Below are positions 28,014 through 37,853 of a stretch of 64,000 nucleotides of DNA, one piece after another. Origin of the DNA: Thainema sp. (lineage in GTDB: Bacteria > Cyanobacteriota > Cyanobacteriia > Phormidesmidales > Phormidesmidaceae); NCBI GenBank assembly GCA_052168235.1, contig JBQLZK010000041.1, forward strand, positions 1 through 64,000, written 5' to 3'. The position numbers and the translations under genes were made by a program. Numbering within the stretch: the first letter of the stretch is position 1; each line of letters opens with the position of its first letter. A model generated the notes under the pieces. That model saw only the letters and a program-made list of their open reading frames with translations, was not told the origin of the DNA and searched no databases.

Positions 28014-28260
28014 CTTGTCCACATCTGACATCGAGCTTGAGTTTACCCAAAATCTAGAAGGGTTGCTGCACTCCGCATCACGACACCGTCGCTCTTTTAA
28101 GTTTTAATGCAGGAAGGGGCAACATCCGCATCCGAAACGGTTGAGTGACTATCTGTGTTTTCCCCGGTTTTTCCACTTTTGCCTTTTATTGTTGTATGCA
28201 CGTTACGGAATTGCAGGACCAGTTATGGCCGTAGTACCGATAAGAAACAGCAATGAGCAA

Positions 28261-28704
28261 ATGCAGTCAATGCAGTTTAACTATCCAAAGCAAGATACTT
28301 CTTCATCCTCGCGGCAGCGGATCCTAATTGCGGATGATTATCCAAATAACCGCCTGTTTTTGACCGAGTTTCTTCAATTCTTTGGGTTTGAACTACAGGA
28401 AACTGATAATGGTCGAGATGCGATCGCACTTTGGCAGCAGTGGCAACCCAATTTAATCCTGATGGATTTGCGGATGCCGATTGTCAGTGGGCTAGAAGCC
28501 ATCAGGTATATCAAGCAGACTGATGTTGGTAAACAGACGGCTATTATCGCTTTAACAGCTGTACTCACGGCTGAGGATCGGCAGGAGTTACAGCAAATTG
28601 GATGCGACGATTTCCTGTGTAAACCTTTTCAGGTCAAAGAACTAATTGCTAAACTCAGTCGCTGTTTAGCTGTTGAGCTAGATCAAGCTTTTTTGAATGG
28701 ATAA
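28261..28704 (+). CDS. Single-domain response regulator (start uncertain; ORF open from 28141)
   Basis: RILIADDYP, NLILMDLRMP, IIALTA, KPF. Confidence 0.85.
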   Translation: MQSMQFNYPKQDTSSSSRQRILIADDYPNNRLFLTEFLQFFGFELQETDNGRDAIALWQQWQPNLILMDLRMPIVSGLEAIRYIKQTDVGKQTAIIALTAVLTAEDRQELQQIGCDDFLCKPFQVKELIAKLSRCLAVELDQAFLNG

Positions 28705-28920
28705 TCGATATGGCCTACTGTGTAAGACTTGTCTAAAGGTTCTTACATGGCTCGTAAAAAATGCTTGTCGATTGCCTTACGTCTTGAGTACTTCCTGAGT
28801 TTTTGTATGAGTTTGGTTCAGTTTTAGATTTCCTTTTTAGATTTCCCTTAAGGCTGGTTGTGTGTTCCCTGCCTTGTCAAACAGCCCGAATCGTTGTCTT
28901 TTTATATGACGGTGACAAAA

Positions 28921-29026
28921 TAAGTAGGTTGGCATGAATAAATGCATATCTAAAAAACCGGGGGAGCACCCCTTCGGGGTGCTCCCCCGGTTTTTTAGAT
29001 GCGTTTATTTATATGCAGCTATTTAC
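28921..29026. repeat. Long hairpin / MITE-like element with a perfect 25-bp stem (28948..29000)
   Basis: ATCTAAAAAACCGGGGGAGCACCCC-TTC-GGGGTGCTCCCCCGGTTTTTTAGAT; outer imperfect IR TAAGTAGGTTG / CAGCTATTTA. Confidence 0.8.
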
Positions 29027-29255
29027 ATCGCCAGGTTTTAGTTTGTCAAGTCTAAGTTCTAAGCTGACTAGAGCCATGATTTTGTTGTTTTGTTACTCTA
29101 TTTTTTTCTCCTTAAGGAGAATGTCTAAACGCTTTTCGAGAGTTTAATTCATTAAAAGTTTATGTATTTAAAGCGTGTTTATTTCACGCATTGTCAGAGT
29201 TATTTGTTGCACCAAACAAGTAACTCTAAATAAAAACTAGTTTAACGATTTTCCT

Positions 29256-31508
29256 ATGGGCAAAACATGTTCTACCTCTAAAAATTGTGCGTGTCGAAGT
29301 TTGATCCGCTGTCCGGCTTCTGATGCTGGGCGGCTGTTTCTTTGGTTTCCGATTCCACACACACAGGCCAAAGTCACTTCGCATCTGCGCAAATTAGGGA
29401 TTGAGTATGAGCTAATGCAGGAACGACCTGGTCTGAGCCTATACTGTCAACCGGGCCAAGCTCAAGACGTTGCCTGTAATTTGGCCGCAATCTTGGCGCT
29501 TAGGGAACTGAGAGAAACACAAGTTTTATTCATTCGAGGTGCAATGCAGCCTCAACTGCAAGACTTCAGCGATATCGCCTCACTACAGCGCTTTATCAAT
29601 TTCTGTCAGTCAGATTGGTTGGTTGACATGCTGGCAAATAAGCAGTTTGTCAGCCATTTTCAGCCGATTGTATCAATTCAGGATACGTCTCAGATTTTTG
29701 GCTACGAATCTCTTTTACGTGGTTTGGATGAACAGGGGAAGATAATGTCCCCTGCCCCTATGTTTAAGTTGGCAGCCGAATCCGGCCTGCTGCCGCAGCT
29801 AGATCAGATTGCTCGACTAAGTACGATTGCTCAAGCTGCTCAACATCAGATCAAAGAGCATATTTTTATCAACTTTGCTCCCACCGCGCTGTATGACCCC
29901 AGTTTTTGTTTGCGCAGTACGGTGGAAGCAATTGATCAGGCTGGGATTGCCCATGATCGGGTTGTTTTTGAAGTTGTTGAGTCGGATGATCCACAGGATT
30001 TAGCTCATCTGCGATCCGTCCTGCAGTACTATCGAGATGCTGGTTTTTTGATTGCGCTGGATGATTTGGGATCGGGCTATTCGAGCTTAAATTTGCTGCA
30101 TCAAATTCGGCCTGATTTTATCAAGCTGGATATGGAGCTGGTTCGTGATGTCCATCAAGATTTGTATAAGGCGTCTATTACCGAAAAGCTGCTAGAAATT
30201 GCTCAGCAGCTTGACATTCGCACTGTGGCAGAAGGAATTGAGTGTACGGCAGAGCTGGACTGGTTGCGATCGCGAGGTGCCAATTTTGCTCAAGGGTATT
30301 TGATTGCCCGCCCGAGTGCTGTCCCGGCTAAAACGACGCCTCATTTTGAGCCAGTAGCGCTACCGTCTTCGCCGATTCAGTTAGGGGCTGAATCATCTGG
30401 ATTAGCTGAACTACTGGAGCAGCAGGTGCAGCATCAGAGCGATTCTGAGCGCATCGTGGCGGCGGTGACTCAGCGTATCCGGCAGTCCCTAGAGCTAGAT
30501 GAGATCTTACAAACAACGGCTAATGAAGTGCGGCAGCTGTTTGACGTGGATCGGGTTGTCATTTATCAGTTTGATTCTGACTGGAGTGGACGGGTCGCGG
30601 TGGAATCCCTGGCCGAAAACTCTACGTCAATTCTCGGCTTGCACGTCATGGATACCTGTTTCCAATCGACCCATGCCGTCTACTATCAGCAAGGAAACAG
30701 CCGAGCGATCGCAGATATTGAAGCGGCCAATCTGTCATCTTGTCACGCTAATCTGTTGCGCAGTTTACGCATTCGGGCCAATCTGGTGGTGCCCATTCTC
30801 CAGCATGAGCAACTGTGGGGCTTGCTGATTGCCCACCAGTGCCGCAGTACGCGCCAGTGGCAGCAATCTGAAATTAACTTGTTTAATCAGTTGGCGAGTC
30901 AGGCTGCGATCGCAATTCAACAGTCTGAGCTTTATCAGCGGCTACACCAGGCCAACCAGGAGCTACAGCGCTTGGCTGCTTCCGATGGATTAACGCAGGT
31001 AGCCAATCGGCGCTGCTTTGATGACACGCTGAATGCAGAGTGGCAGCGGTTAGCTAAAGAGCAGCTTCCGATCTCGCTGATTCTGGGCGACGTAGACTGT
31101 TTCAAACTGTATAACGATAATCATGGTCATTTAGCAGGGGATGATGTGCTGCGCCACGTTGCCGCTGCTATTGCCCAAGCCGTGCAGCGTCCGATTGATT
31201 TAGTCGCTCGCTATGGGGGGGAAGAATTTGCGGTGATTTTGCCGGAGACGGATACTGAAGGTGCGATCTCAGTTGCGGCAGAAATGCAGCGGCAGATTAG
31301 CAGCTTAAAATTGCCTCATCCCCATTCTCAAGTCAGCGAATTTGTTACCTTGAGTCTGGGCATTGCTACGACTGTGCCCGATGCTGAATCATCGCCTGAA
31401 ATCTTGGTTGCTGCAGCCGATCAGGGGCTCTACCAGGCTAAGGCACAGGGGAAAAATTGTGCTGTATCCACCGACAGCACGGCAGTCCTGATGCCGCTCA
31501 GGTGGTAA
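29256..31508 (+). CDS. EAL-GAF (DXCF cyanobacteriochrome-type)-GGDEF c-di-GMP enzyme
   Basis: YESLLRG, DDLGSGYSSL, KLD, AEGIE, QGY; GAF MDTCF..LSSCHANLL; ARYGGEEF. Confidence 0.9.
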   Translation: MGKTCSTSKNCACRSLIRCPASDAGRLFLWFPIPHTQAKVTSHLRKLGIEYELMQERPGLSLYCQPGQAQDVACNLAAILALRELRETQVLFIRGAMQPQLQDFSDIASLQRFINFCQSDWLVDMLANKQFVSHFQPIVSIQDTSQIFGYESLLRGLDEQGKIMSPAPMFKLAAESGLLPQLDQIARLSTIAQAAQHQIKEHIFINFAPTALYDPSFCLRSTVEAIDQAGIAHDRVVFEVVESDDPQDLAHLRSVLQYYRDAGFLIALDDLGSGYSSLNLLHQIRPDFIKLDMELVRDVHQDLYKASITEKLLEIAQQLDIRTVAEGIECTAELDWLRSRGANFAQGYLIARPSAVPAKTTPHFEPVALPSSPIQLGAESSGLAELLEQQVQHQSDSERIVAAVTQRIRQSLELDEILQTTANEVRQLFDVDRVVIYQFDSDWSGRVAVESLAENSTSILGLHVMDTCFQSTHAVYYQQGNSRAIADIEAANLSSCHANLLRSLRIRANLVVPILQHEQLWGLLIAHQCRSTRQWQQSEINLFNQLASQAAIAIQQSELYQRLHQANQELQRLAASDGLTQVANRRCFDDTLNAEWQRLAKEQLPISLILGDVDCFKLYNDNHGHLAGDDVLRHVAAAIAQAVQRPIDLVARYGGEEFAVILPETDTEGAISVAAEMQRQISSLKLPHPHSQVSEFVTLSLGIATTVPDAESSPEILVAAADQGLYQAKAQGKNCAVSTDSTAVLMPLRW

Positions 31509-31554
31509 GAACAAACGGTCAATTTGCTCACTGGGATAAGCAACGCCCTAAACT

Positions 31555-34500
31555 ATGATCAGCCAGACACTCTGCATTCCGGGATATGAAATTACTGAGC
31601 AACTGTATGCGGGGACTCGCACAGTGGTCTATCGAGCCTTACAAACGGCAGACCAGCGTCCCGTTGTGCTGAAACAGCTGCGGCAGGAGCAGACCAACTT
31701 CACGACGCTGCTGCAATTTCGCAATCAGTATGAAATTGCTAAAAGCCTTGATCTGGCTGGTATTGTCCGCCCCCATTGCCTGCAACTGCACGACAACAGA
31801 TACCTGTTGGTGATGGCAGATGATGGCGGAATTTCTCTGGCTGAGTACGTGAAGACCAACGAAATTGGCCTGGCCGACTGGATTGCGATCGCAATTCAGC
31901 TAGCTGATATCTTGCATGGGTTATACCAGCATCGGGTCATTCATAAAGATATTAAACCGGCCAATATTGTGATTCAGCCTGAGCGTCAGCAGGTCAAGCT
32001 GATTGACTTCAGTATCGCCTCCGTATTGCCCAAAGAAACTCAGGACATTCAGCATCCCAATGGTTTGGAAGGGACACTGGCCTATCTGGCTCCGGAACAA
32101 ACGGGCCGGATGAATCGCGGCATCGACTACCGGGCTGATTTCTACGGCTTGGGCGTCACGCTCTATGAGTTGCTGACGGGGCAACTGCCCTTTTATGCCG
32201 CAGATCCGCTGGAGATGGTGCATTGCCATCTGGCAAAAGCTCCTACACCGCCGCACCAGCTCAATCCTGCCATTCCGCCCGTTCTGTCGGCCATTGTGCT
32301 GAAGCTAATGGCCAAAAATGCCGAGGATCGCTATCAGAGCGCTCTGGGGCTGAAGCATGACTTAGAATACTGTGAGCGCCAGTGGCAGCACAGCGGCACG
32401 ATTACTGAATTTGAGCTGGGTCTGCACGATAGATGCGATCGCTTCATAGTTCCGGAACGGCTGTACGGACGAACAACTGAAGTACAAGCTTTGCTAGAGG
32501 CTTTTGACCGAGTTGCCCAGGGTCGTTCGGAGATGATGCTGGTGGCGGGTTTCTCTGGAATCGGCAAAACCGCCGTTGTCAATGAGATACACAAGCCAAT
32601 TACCCGTCAGCGAGGCTATTTCATTAGGGGTAAATTCGACCAGTTCAACCGCGATATCCCGCTTTCTGCCTTTGTGCAAGCACTGCGGAATTTGATGGAT
32701 CAACTGCTGGCCGAGTCCGATGCTCAGCTGGCTGAGTGGGGTCGCAAAATTCTGGCGGCAGTAGGTAAAAATGGTCAAGTACTGATTGATGTCCTGCCGG
32801 AGCTGGAATATGTAATTGGCCAGCAGCCTCCGGTGGTAGAACTGGCGGGTATGGAAGCTCAACAGCGCTTTAATCGGCTGTTTCAAGCGTTTATCCAGGT
32901 CTTTACGACTCCAGACCATCCACTGGTTCTGTTTTTGGATGACTTGCAGTGGGCTGACTCCGCTTCTCTGCAGCTAATGACGCTCTTGATGGACGATAAA
33001 GACCATCTGCTGCTGTTAGGTGCCTATCGGGACAACGAGGTGTCTCCGGTTCATCCGTTTATGCTGACTGTCGAAAACCTACAGCAAGCGGATGCAGTAG
33101 TTAATACGATTACCCTAAAACCGCTGGCGTTTGAGGATACCAATCAGCTGGTGGCCGATACGCTGAACTGTACCACTGAGCGATCGCAGCCGCTGACGGA
33201 ACTGATTGGGCGGAAAACTCAGGGCAATCCCTTCTTCACCATCCAGTTTCTCAAGGCGCTGCATGAAGATGGCCACTTGATTTTTAATCGCGATCGCAAC
33301 TGTTGGGAGTGCGATATTGCTCAAATTCACGCGCTGTCCCTCACCGACGATGTGGTGGAGTTTATGGCTCAGCAGTTGCAGAAGCTGCCTACTGCGACCC
33401 AGCATGTCCTCAAGCTAGCGGCCTGCATCGGCAATCAGTTTGATTTAGCCACTCTTGCCATTGTGTCGGAGCAGTCGGAGGCTGATACGGCTCAAGCCCT
33501 GTGGAAAGCGCTGCAAGAGGGCCTAATCTTGCCCCAAAGCGATGTCTATAAGTTCTATTGCGGCTCGGATCTGGATACTGATTTACGACAGGTACAAACG
33601 GCAGCCTATCGCTTTTTGCACGACCGGGTGCAGCAGGCGGCTTATTCACTGATTCCCGCTCAACAAAAGCCCTTTACTCACGTTCGCATTGGCCAGCTGC
33701 TGTTGACCAATGTGCCAAATCGACAGGATATCCAGAAGTGCGATCGCATTTTTGAAATTGTCGGTCAGCTCAATGCGGGCAAATCGCTAATCATCCAAGC
33801 GGCAGAACGACAGCAGCTAGCCGAATTGAACTTGGTTGCAGGTCGCCGCGCTAAAGCCTCTACGGCCTACAGCGCGGCGTTGGATTATTTTCAGCACGGC
33901 ATTCAACTTTTGTCTGCGAAAAGCTGGCATACCTTGCCGGAACTGACTCGTAACCTGCATGAAGAAGCGGCAGAAGCCGCCTTCTCGATTGGGAACTTTG
34001 AACAGCTCAATACGCTGGTTCAGGCCGTAATCACTAATACGGAAAGCCTGCTGGCTCAGGTACGGGTCTATGAACTGAAAATCTTGGCGCTACAGCTGCA
34101 GGGACAAGCCTTGGCTGCCATTGTGCTCGGTCGAGATTTATTGGGAGCGCTCGGTATTGCCCTACCGGAAACCGTTACGCCCGCTGAGATTCACCAAACG
34201 GTTGCCGATACGCTGGCCACTCTACAGCGTCACACGATTGAAGACTTGGCGCATCTGCCAGTTATGACGGATGCCCACATGCTGGCAGCGCTGCGGATTA
34301 TGGCCAGTCTTGTCCCCTCAATTTTCTCGGCTGCGCCCTACTTGTTTCCTATCACAGCCAGCGAAGCCGTCAAACTGTTTTTGCAGTATGGCAATGCTCC
34401 CTTGTCTGGGCCGGGCTATGCCGACTTTGGCATTGTGGTCAGCAGCGCCTTAAATGACTACGAAGCTAGCTATCAACTGGGGCAGTTGGCGTTGAGCATG

Positions 34501-37410
34501 CTGAATACCTTTCCAGACAAACCGATCCAGTGCATGACAGAGTTCAAAGTTGCTGCTTTTACGCAGTTCAATCGGCAGCCGCTGCAGGATGCGATCTCAG
34601 GTTTACAAACGTCCTACATTTTGGCTGTCGAAACGGGCGACTTCATGCATATGAATGCCTCCGTGCTGTATATGCTGTTGTATCTTGTCATGAGCGGAGA
34701 GAAGTCACTAGATGCTATTCCCGCCGTCATCGAGTCCTATCGGCCCACAATCGGCTCCAGCCAGGTCTTTGTCCGATTAACCGCCATTATTAATCAGGCC
34801 CTGCACAATCTAACCCAGCCCACAGCGCAACCGGATCAGTTGATTGGTGAGTTTTTTGACGAAACGAGTCAGCTGCCTGTTCTCATCAAACGGCAAGAAA
34901 CCTTTATCCTGCATGTCATCTATCTCTACAAGATCATGCTGGCCTACCGATTTGGCCATCCGCAGGCTGCTCTAGACTATGCCGCTCAGGGAGAACCCTA
35001 CCTGCAAGGAGGAGCCGGAATGGCGACAATTCCGGTTTTCCACTACTACTCAGCCCTGACCCATTTAGCGGCCTGTGCCCAAGCGAAACCGTCTGAGCAG
35101 GCCACGCTGTTAGCCAAGGTGGAACACGATCAGGCCCAACTTCAGGCAAGGGCAAAATCCGCCCCCATGAATTTCCAGCATCTGCATGATTTGGTGCAGG
35201 CCGAACGGTATCGGGTGCTGGACAATCGAGCAGATGCCATCGAATTCTACGATCGCGCTGTTGCTGCCGCGAGAGAAAATGGCTACATCCAGGAAGAAGC
35301 CTTAGCCAACGAACTTGCTGCTCAGTTTTATCTGGATTGGGGTAAAGAAAAGGTCGCCATCGGCTATATGCAAGAAGCGTATCGCTGCTACGCCTTTTGG
35401 GGGGCTAGAGCCAAAACCGATGACTTAGAACGCCGCTATCCCTATCTGCTGCAGTCTATCCTCCAGTCAGCTCCCCAGCCGTTCAGCCTGTTTGAAACGC
35501 TAGCGACCGTTACCATTCCCAATCTCTCTAGTGCGGCTGAGCCAGTCGGCCAGTCATCCAGCAGTACAGGCATGAATGCGGCTCTTGACTTAGCCGCTGT
35601 CTTGAAAGCGTCACAGGCGTTGGCCAGCACAATTCAACTGGATAAACTGCTCCAGCAGCTCACTCAGATTATTCTGCAGCAGTCTGGGGGAGATAGCTGC
35701 GCTCTTGTCTTGCCCAACTCAGACGGCATTTGGTGTGTGGAAACGATTGCCACTCATGCCACCATGACCCAGTGTTCAGAACCGCTTGATGGCCATCCTA
35801 ATGTTCCAGTCAAGCTGATCCAGTATGTTAAGCACAGGCAAGAAGTCGTGGTAATTGACGATTTGGTCACCGAGTTACCTGTACTCGACGATTATCTGTT
35901 GCAGCAGCAGCCTAAAAGCGTGTTGTGCTTGCCCGTACTGAATCAAGGTAAGCTGCTCGGTATTTTGTCCCTTACGAATCAATCCATTAGCGGCGCATTT
36001 ACCCAAAATCACATTCTGATTCTGAACTTTCTCTGTACTCAAGCTGCGATCGCACTGGAAAATGCTCGTCTTTATCAGGCATCCCAAGTCTATTCTCAGC
36101 AGCTGGAGCAGTCCCTAAAAAAGTTGCAAATTAGTGAGGCTCGGTTTCAGAAACTGGCCGATAATGTACCGGGTTTGATCTACCAAATCCGAATTAAGCC
36201 CGATGGTGAAGCTTCGATTCCCTACGTTAGCTCTGGTTGCCAAGCGCTGTATGAAGTCCCAGCAGACGATCTAATGTCTGGCAAATGCAGCTTACGAGAT
36301 TTTGAGCATCCAGATGATCAGGCGGGCGTGTTTCAGGCCGTGCTGGAATCGGCCCAGCAGCTGACTCCATTTCAACATGAGTGGCGGATTATTACGCCGA
36401 GCGGTCAGGTGAAATGGGTGAAAGCGGCATCTCAACCAGAACGGGGAGCAGATGGCGAAACTGTCTGGGACGGCATTTTAATTGATATTAGCGATCGCAA
36501 GCGAGCTGAAGCGGAACTCCAGCAGAGAACCAATGAGCTAGAGCAGACGCTACATGAACTGAGCCAAACTCAGCTGCAAATTATTCAGAGCGAAAAAATG
36601 TCTAGTCTGGGACAAATGGTCGCAGGCGTGGCCCATGAAATTAACAATCCGGTCAATTTCATTCACGGTAATTTGACCCATGTTGATGAATACACTCAGG
36701 ATTTATTGCATCTCATCAATCTGTACCAGCAGCAATATCCGATTCCGTCCCAAATCATTCAGGATGAGCTGGCTGTGATGGATTTGCCATTTTTAATGAC
36801 TGATTTGACAAAAGTACTTCAGTCGATGCGAGTTGGGACTCATCGTATTCGAGAAATTGTGTTATCGTTGCGCAATTTTTCGCGCTTGGATGAGGCTGAA
36901 ATCAAAGATGTCAATCTGCATGAAGGGATTGATAGCACGATTACGATCTTGCACAACCGCTTAAAAGCAAGAGCTAATCGTCCAGAAATTCAAGTTATTC
37001 GAGATTATGGCGATTTGCCACTAGTCGAATGCTATGCTGGCCAGCTCAATCAGGTGTTTATGAATATTATTAGCAATGCAATTGATGCGTTAGAAGAACA
37101 CAATCAAGAGCGAACGTATCAGGAGATAGAAGCTCATCCTAGTATCATTTCAATTCAAACCGTAGTATCTTCGAATCAAGCAATTCGAATTTGTATTGCC
37201 GATAATGGTGCCGGAATTCAAGAATCTGTCCGCAAACGGCTTTTTGATCCCTTCTTCACAACGAAACCTGTGGGCAAAGGCACCGGATTGGGTCTATCTA
37301 TTAGCTACCAGATTGTGACGGAAAAACATCATGGCAAATTGTGGTGTGAGTCTTCTTCTGGGCGGGGCACACAGTTTTTTATTGAGATTCCAGTGCAGCA
37401 AAAGCGATAG
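31555..37410 (+). CDS. Ser/Thr kinase-AAA ATPase-GAF-PAS-histidine kinase (HstK-like)
   Basis: HKDIKPAN, DFS, APE; GFSGIGKT, FLDDLQW; GAF; PAS; AHEINNP. Confidence 0.93.
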   Translation: MISQTLCIPGYEITEQLYAGTRTVVYRALQTADQRPVVLKQLRQEQTNFTTLLQFRNQYEIAKSLDLAGIVRPHCLQLHDNRYLLVMADDGGISLAEYVKTNEIGLADWIAIAIQLADILHGLYQHRVIHKDIKPANIVIQPERQQVKLIDFSIASVLPKETQDIQHPNGLEGTLAYLAPEQTGRMNRGIDYRADFYGLGVTLYELLTGQLPFYAADPLEMVHCHLAKAPTPPHQLNPAIPPVLSAIVLKLMAKNAEDRYQSALGLKHDLEYCERQWQHSGTITEFELGLHDRCDRFIVPERLYGRTTEVQALLEAFDRVAQGRSEMMLVAGFSGIGKTAVVNEIHKPITRQRGYFIRGKFDQFNRDIPLSAFVQALRNLMDQLLAESDAQLAEWGRKILAAVGKNGQVLIDVLPELEYVIGQQPPVVELAGMEAQQRFNRLFQAFIQVFTTPDHPLVLFLDDLQWADSASLQLMTLLMDDKDHLLLLGAYRDNEVSPVHPFMLTVENLQQADAVVNTITLKPLAFEDTNQLVADTLNCTTERSQPLTELIGRKTQGNPFFTIQFLKALHEDGHLIFNRDRNCWECDIAQIHALSLTDDVVEFMAQQLQKLPTATQHVLKLAACIGNQFDLATLAIVSEQSEADTAQALWKALQEGLILPQSDVYKFYCGSDLDTDLRQVQTAAYRFLHDRVQQAAYSLIPAQQKPFTHVRIGQLLLTNVPNRQDIQKCDRIFEIVGQLNAGKSLIIQAAERQQLAELNLVAGRRAKASTAYSAALDYFQHGIQLLSAKSWHTLPELTRNLHEEAAEAAFSIGNFEQLNTLVQAVITNTESLLAQVRVYELKILALQLQGQALAAIVLGRDLLGALGIALPETVTPAEIHQTVADTLATLQRHTIEDLAHLPVMTDAHMLAALRIMASLVPSIFSAAPYLFPITASEAVKLFLQYGNAPLSGPGYADFGIVVSSALNDYEASYQLGQLALSMLNTFPDKPIQCMTEFKVAAFTQFNRQPLQDAISGLQTSYILAVETGDFMHMNASVLYMLLYLVMSGEKSLDAIPAVIESYRPTIGSSQVFVRLTAIINQALHNLTQPTAQPDQLIGEFFDETSQLPVLIKRQETFILHVIYLYKIMLAYRFGHPQAALDYAAQGEPYLQGGAGMATIPVFHYYSALTHLAACAQAKPSEQATLLAKVEHDQAQLQARAKSAPMNFQHLHDLVQAERYRVLDNRADAIEFYDRAVAAARENGYIQEEALANELAAQFYLDWGKEKVAIGYMQEAYRCYAFWGARAKTDDLERRYPYLLQSILQSAPQPFSLFETLATVTIPNLSSAAEPVGQSSSSTGMNAALDLAAVLKASQALASTIQLDKLLQQLTQIILQQSGGDSCALVLPNSDGIWCVETIATHATMTQCSEPLDGHPNVPVKLIQYVKHRQEVVVIDDLVTELPVLDDYLLQQQPKSVLCLPVLNQGKLLGILSLTNQSISGAFTQNHILILNFLCTQAAIALENARLYQASQVYSQQLEQSLKKLQISEARFQKLADNVPGLIYQIRIKPDGEASIPYVSSGCQALYEVPADDLMSGKCSLRDFEHPDDQAGVFQAVLESAQQLTPFQHEWRIITPSGQVKWVKAASQPERGADGETVWDGILIDISDRKRAEAELQQRTNELEQTLHELSQTQLQIIQSEKMSSLGQMVAGVAHEINNPVNFIHGNLTHVDEYTQDLLHLINLYQQQYPIPSQIIQDELAVMDLPFLMTDLTKVLQSMRVGTHRIREIVLSLRNFSRLDEAEIKDVNLHEGIDSTITILHNRLKARANRPEIQVIRDYGDLPLVECYAGQLNQVFMNIISNAIDALEEHNQERTYQEIEAHPSIISIQTVVSSNQAIRICIADNGAGIQESVRKRLFDPFFTTKPVGKGTGLGLSISYQIVTEKHHGKLWCESSSGRGTQFFIEIPVQQKR

Positions 37411-37478
37411 TTTTAGCGCTTTCATCCAAGAAGCCAAGCACCAGTAAACTTGTTTCACCGTTGTCAAAGAAGATCAGA

Positions 37479-37548
37479 ACGAGAGAAGAGAGTGCCTCAT
37501 CCTGATGCACTCTCTCTCGTTTTCTCACTCTTAACTGGAATCACGATA
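37479..37548. repeat. Hairpin repeat family B, copy 1
   Basis: GAGAGTGCCTCAT..GCACTCTC plus a 29-bp tract (37520..37548) identical to 54770..54798. Confidence 0.75.
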
Positions 37549-37644
37549 TAAGGTAATCGCAGATCTGTGTTTGGTATCAGTATCGATTTTGTAAAATTTT
37601 CAGTTTAAACAACCCCTGCCCTGCAAAAACTGATTTGATGGTTA

Positions 37645-37748
37645 TATAGCGCTTCTTGCGCTAGTAAAGGGAGATTATTTTTTGAAAGCCGCGCGAAGCG
37701 TGGCTTTCAAAAAATAACTTGTACCTCAGTAGCCTAGGAAAGGCTATA
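37645..37748. repeat. MITE-like element with TATAGC/GCTATA ends and an internal hairpin
   Basis: TTATTTTTTGAAAGCCGCGC-GAA-GCGTGGCTTTCAAAAAATAA stem. Confidence 0.65.
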
Positions 37749-37853
37749 GATATTCATTGAGTAGCAGAATAAACAGAATAGAAAAATCAGCGTATCGCCC
37801 CTAATACCTTTAGCTGTAAATCCTGATATGAAATTCGTAATTAAAATACAGAA

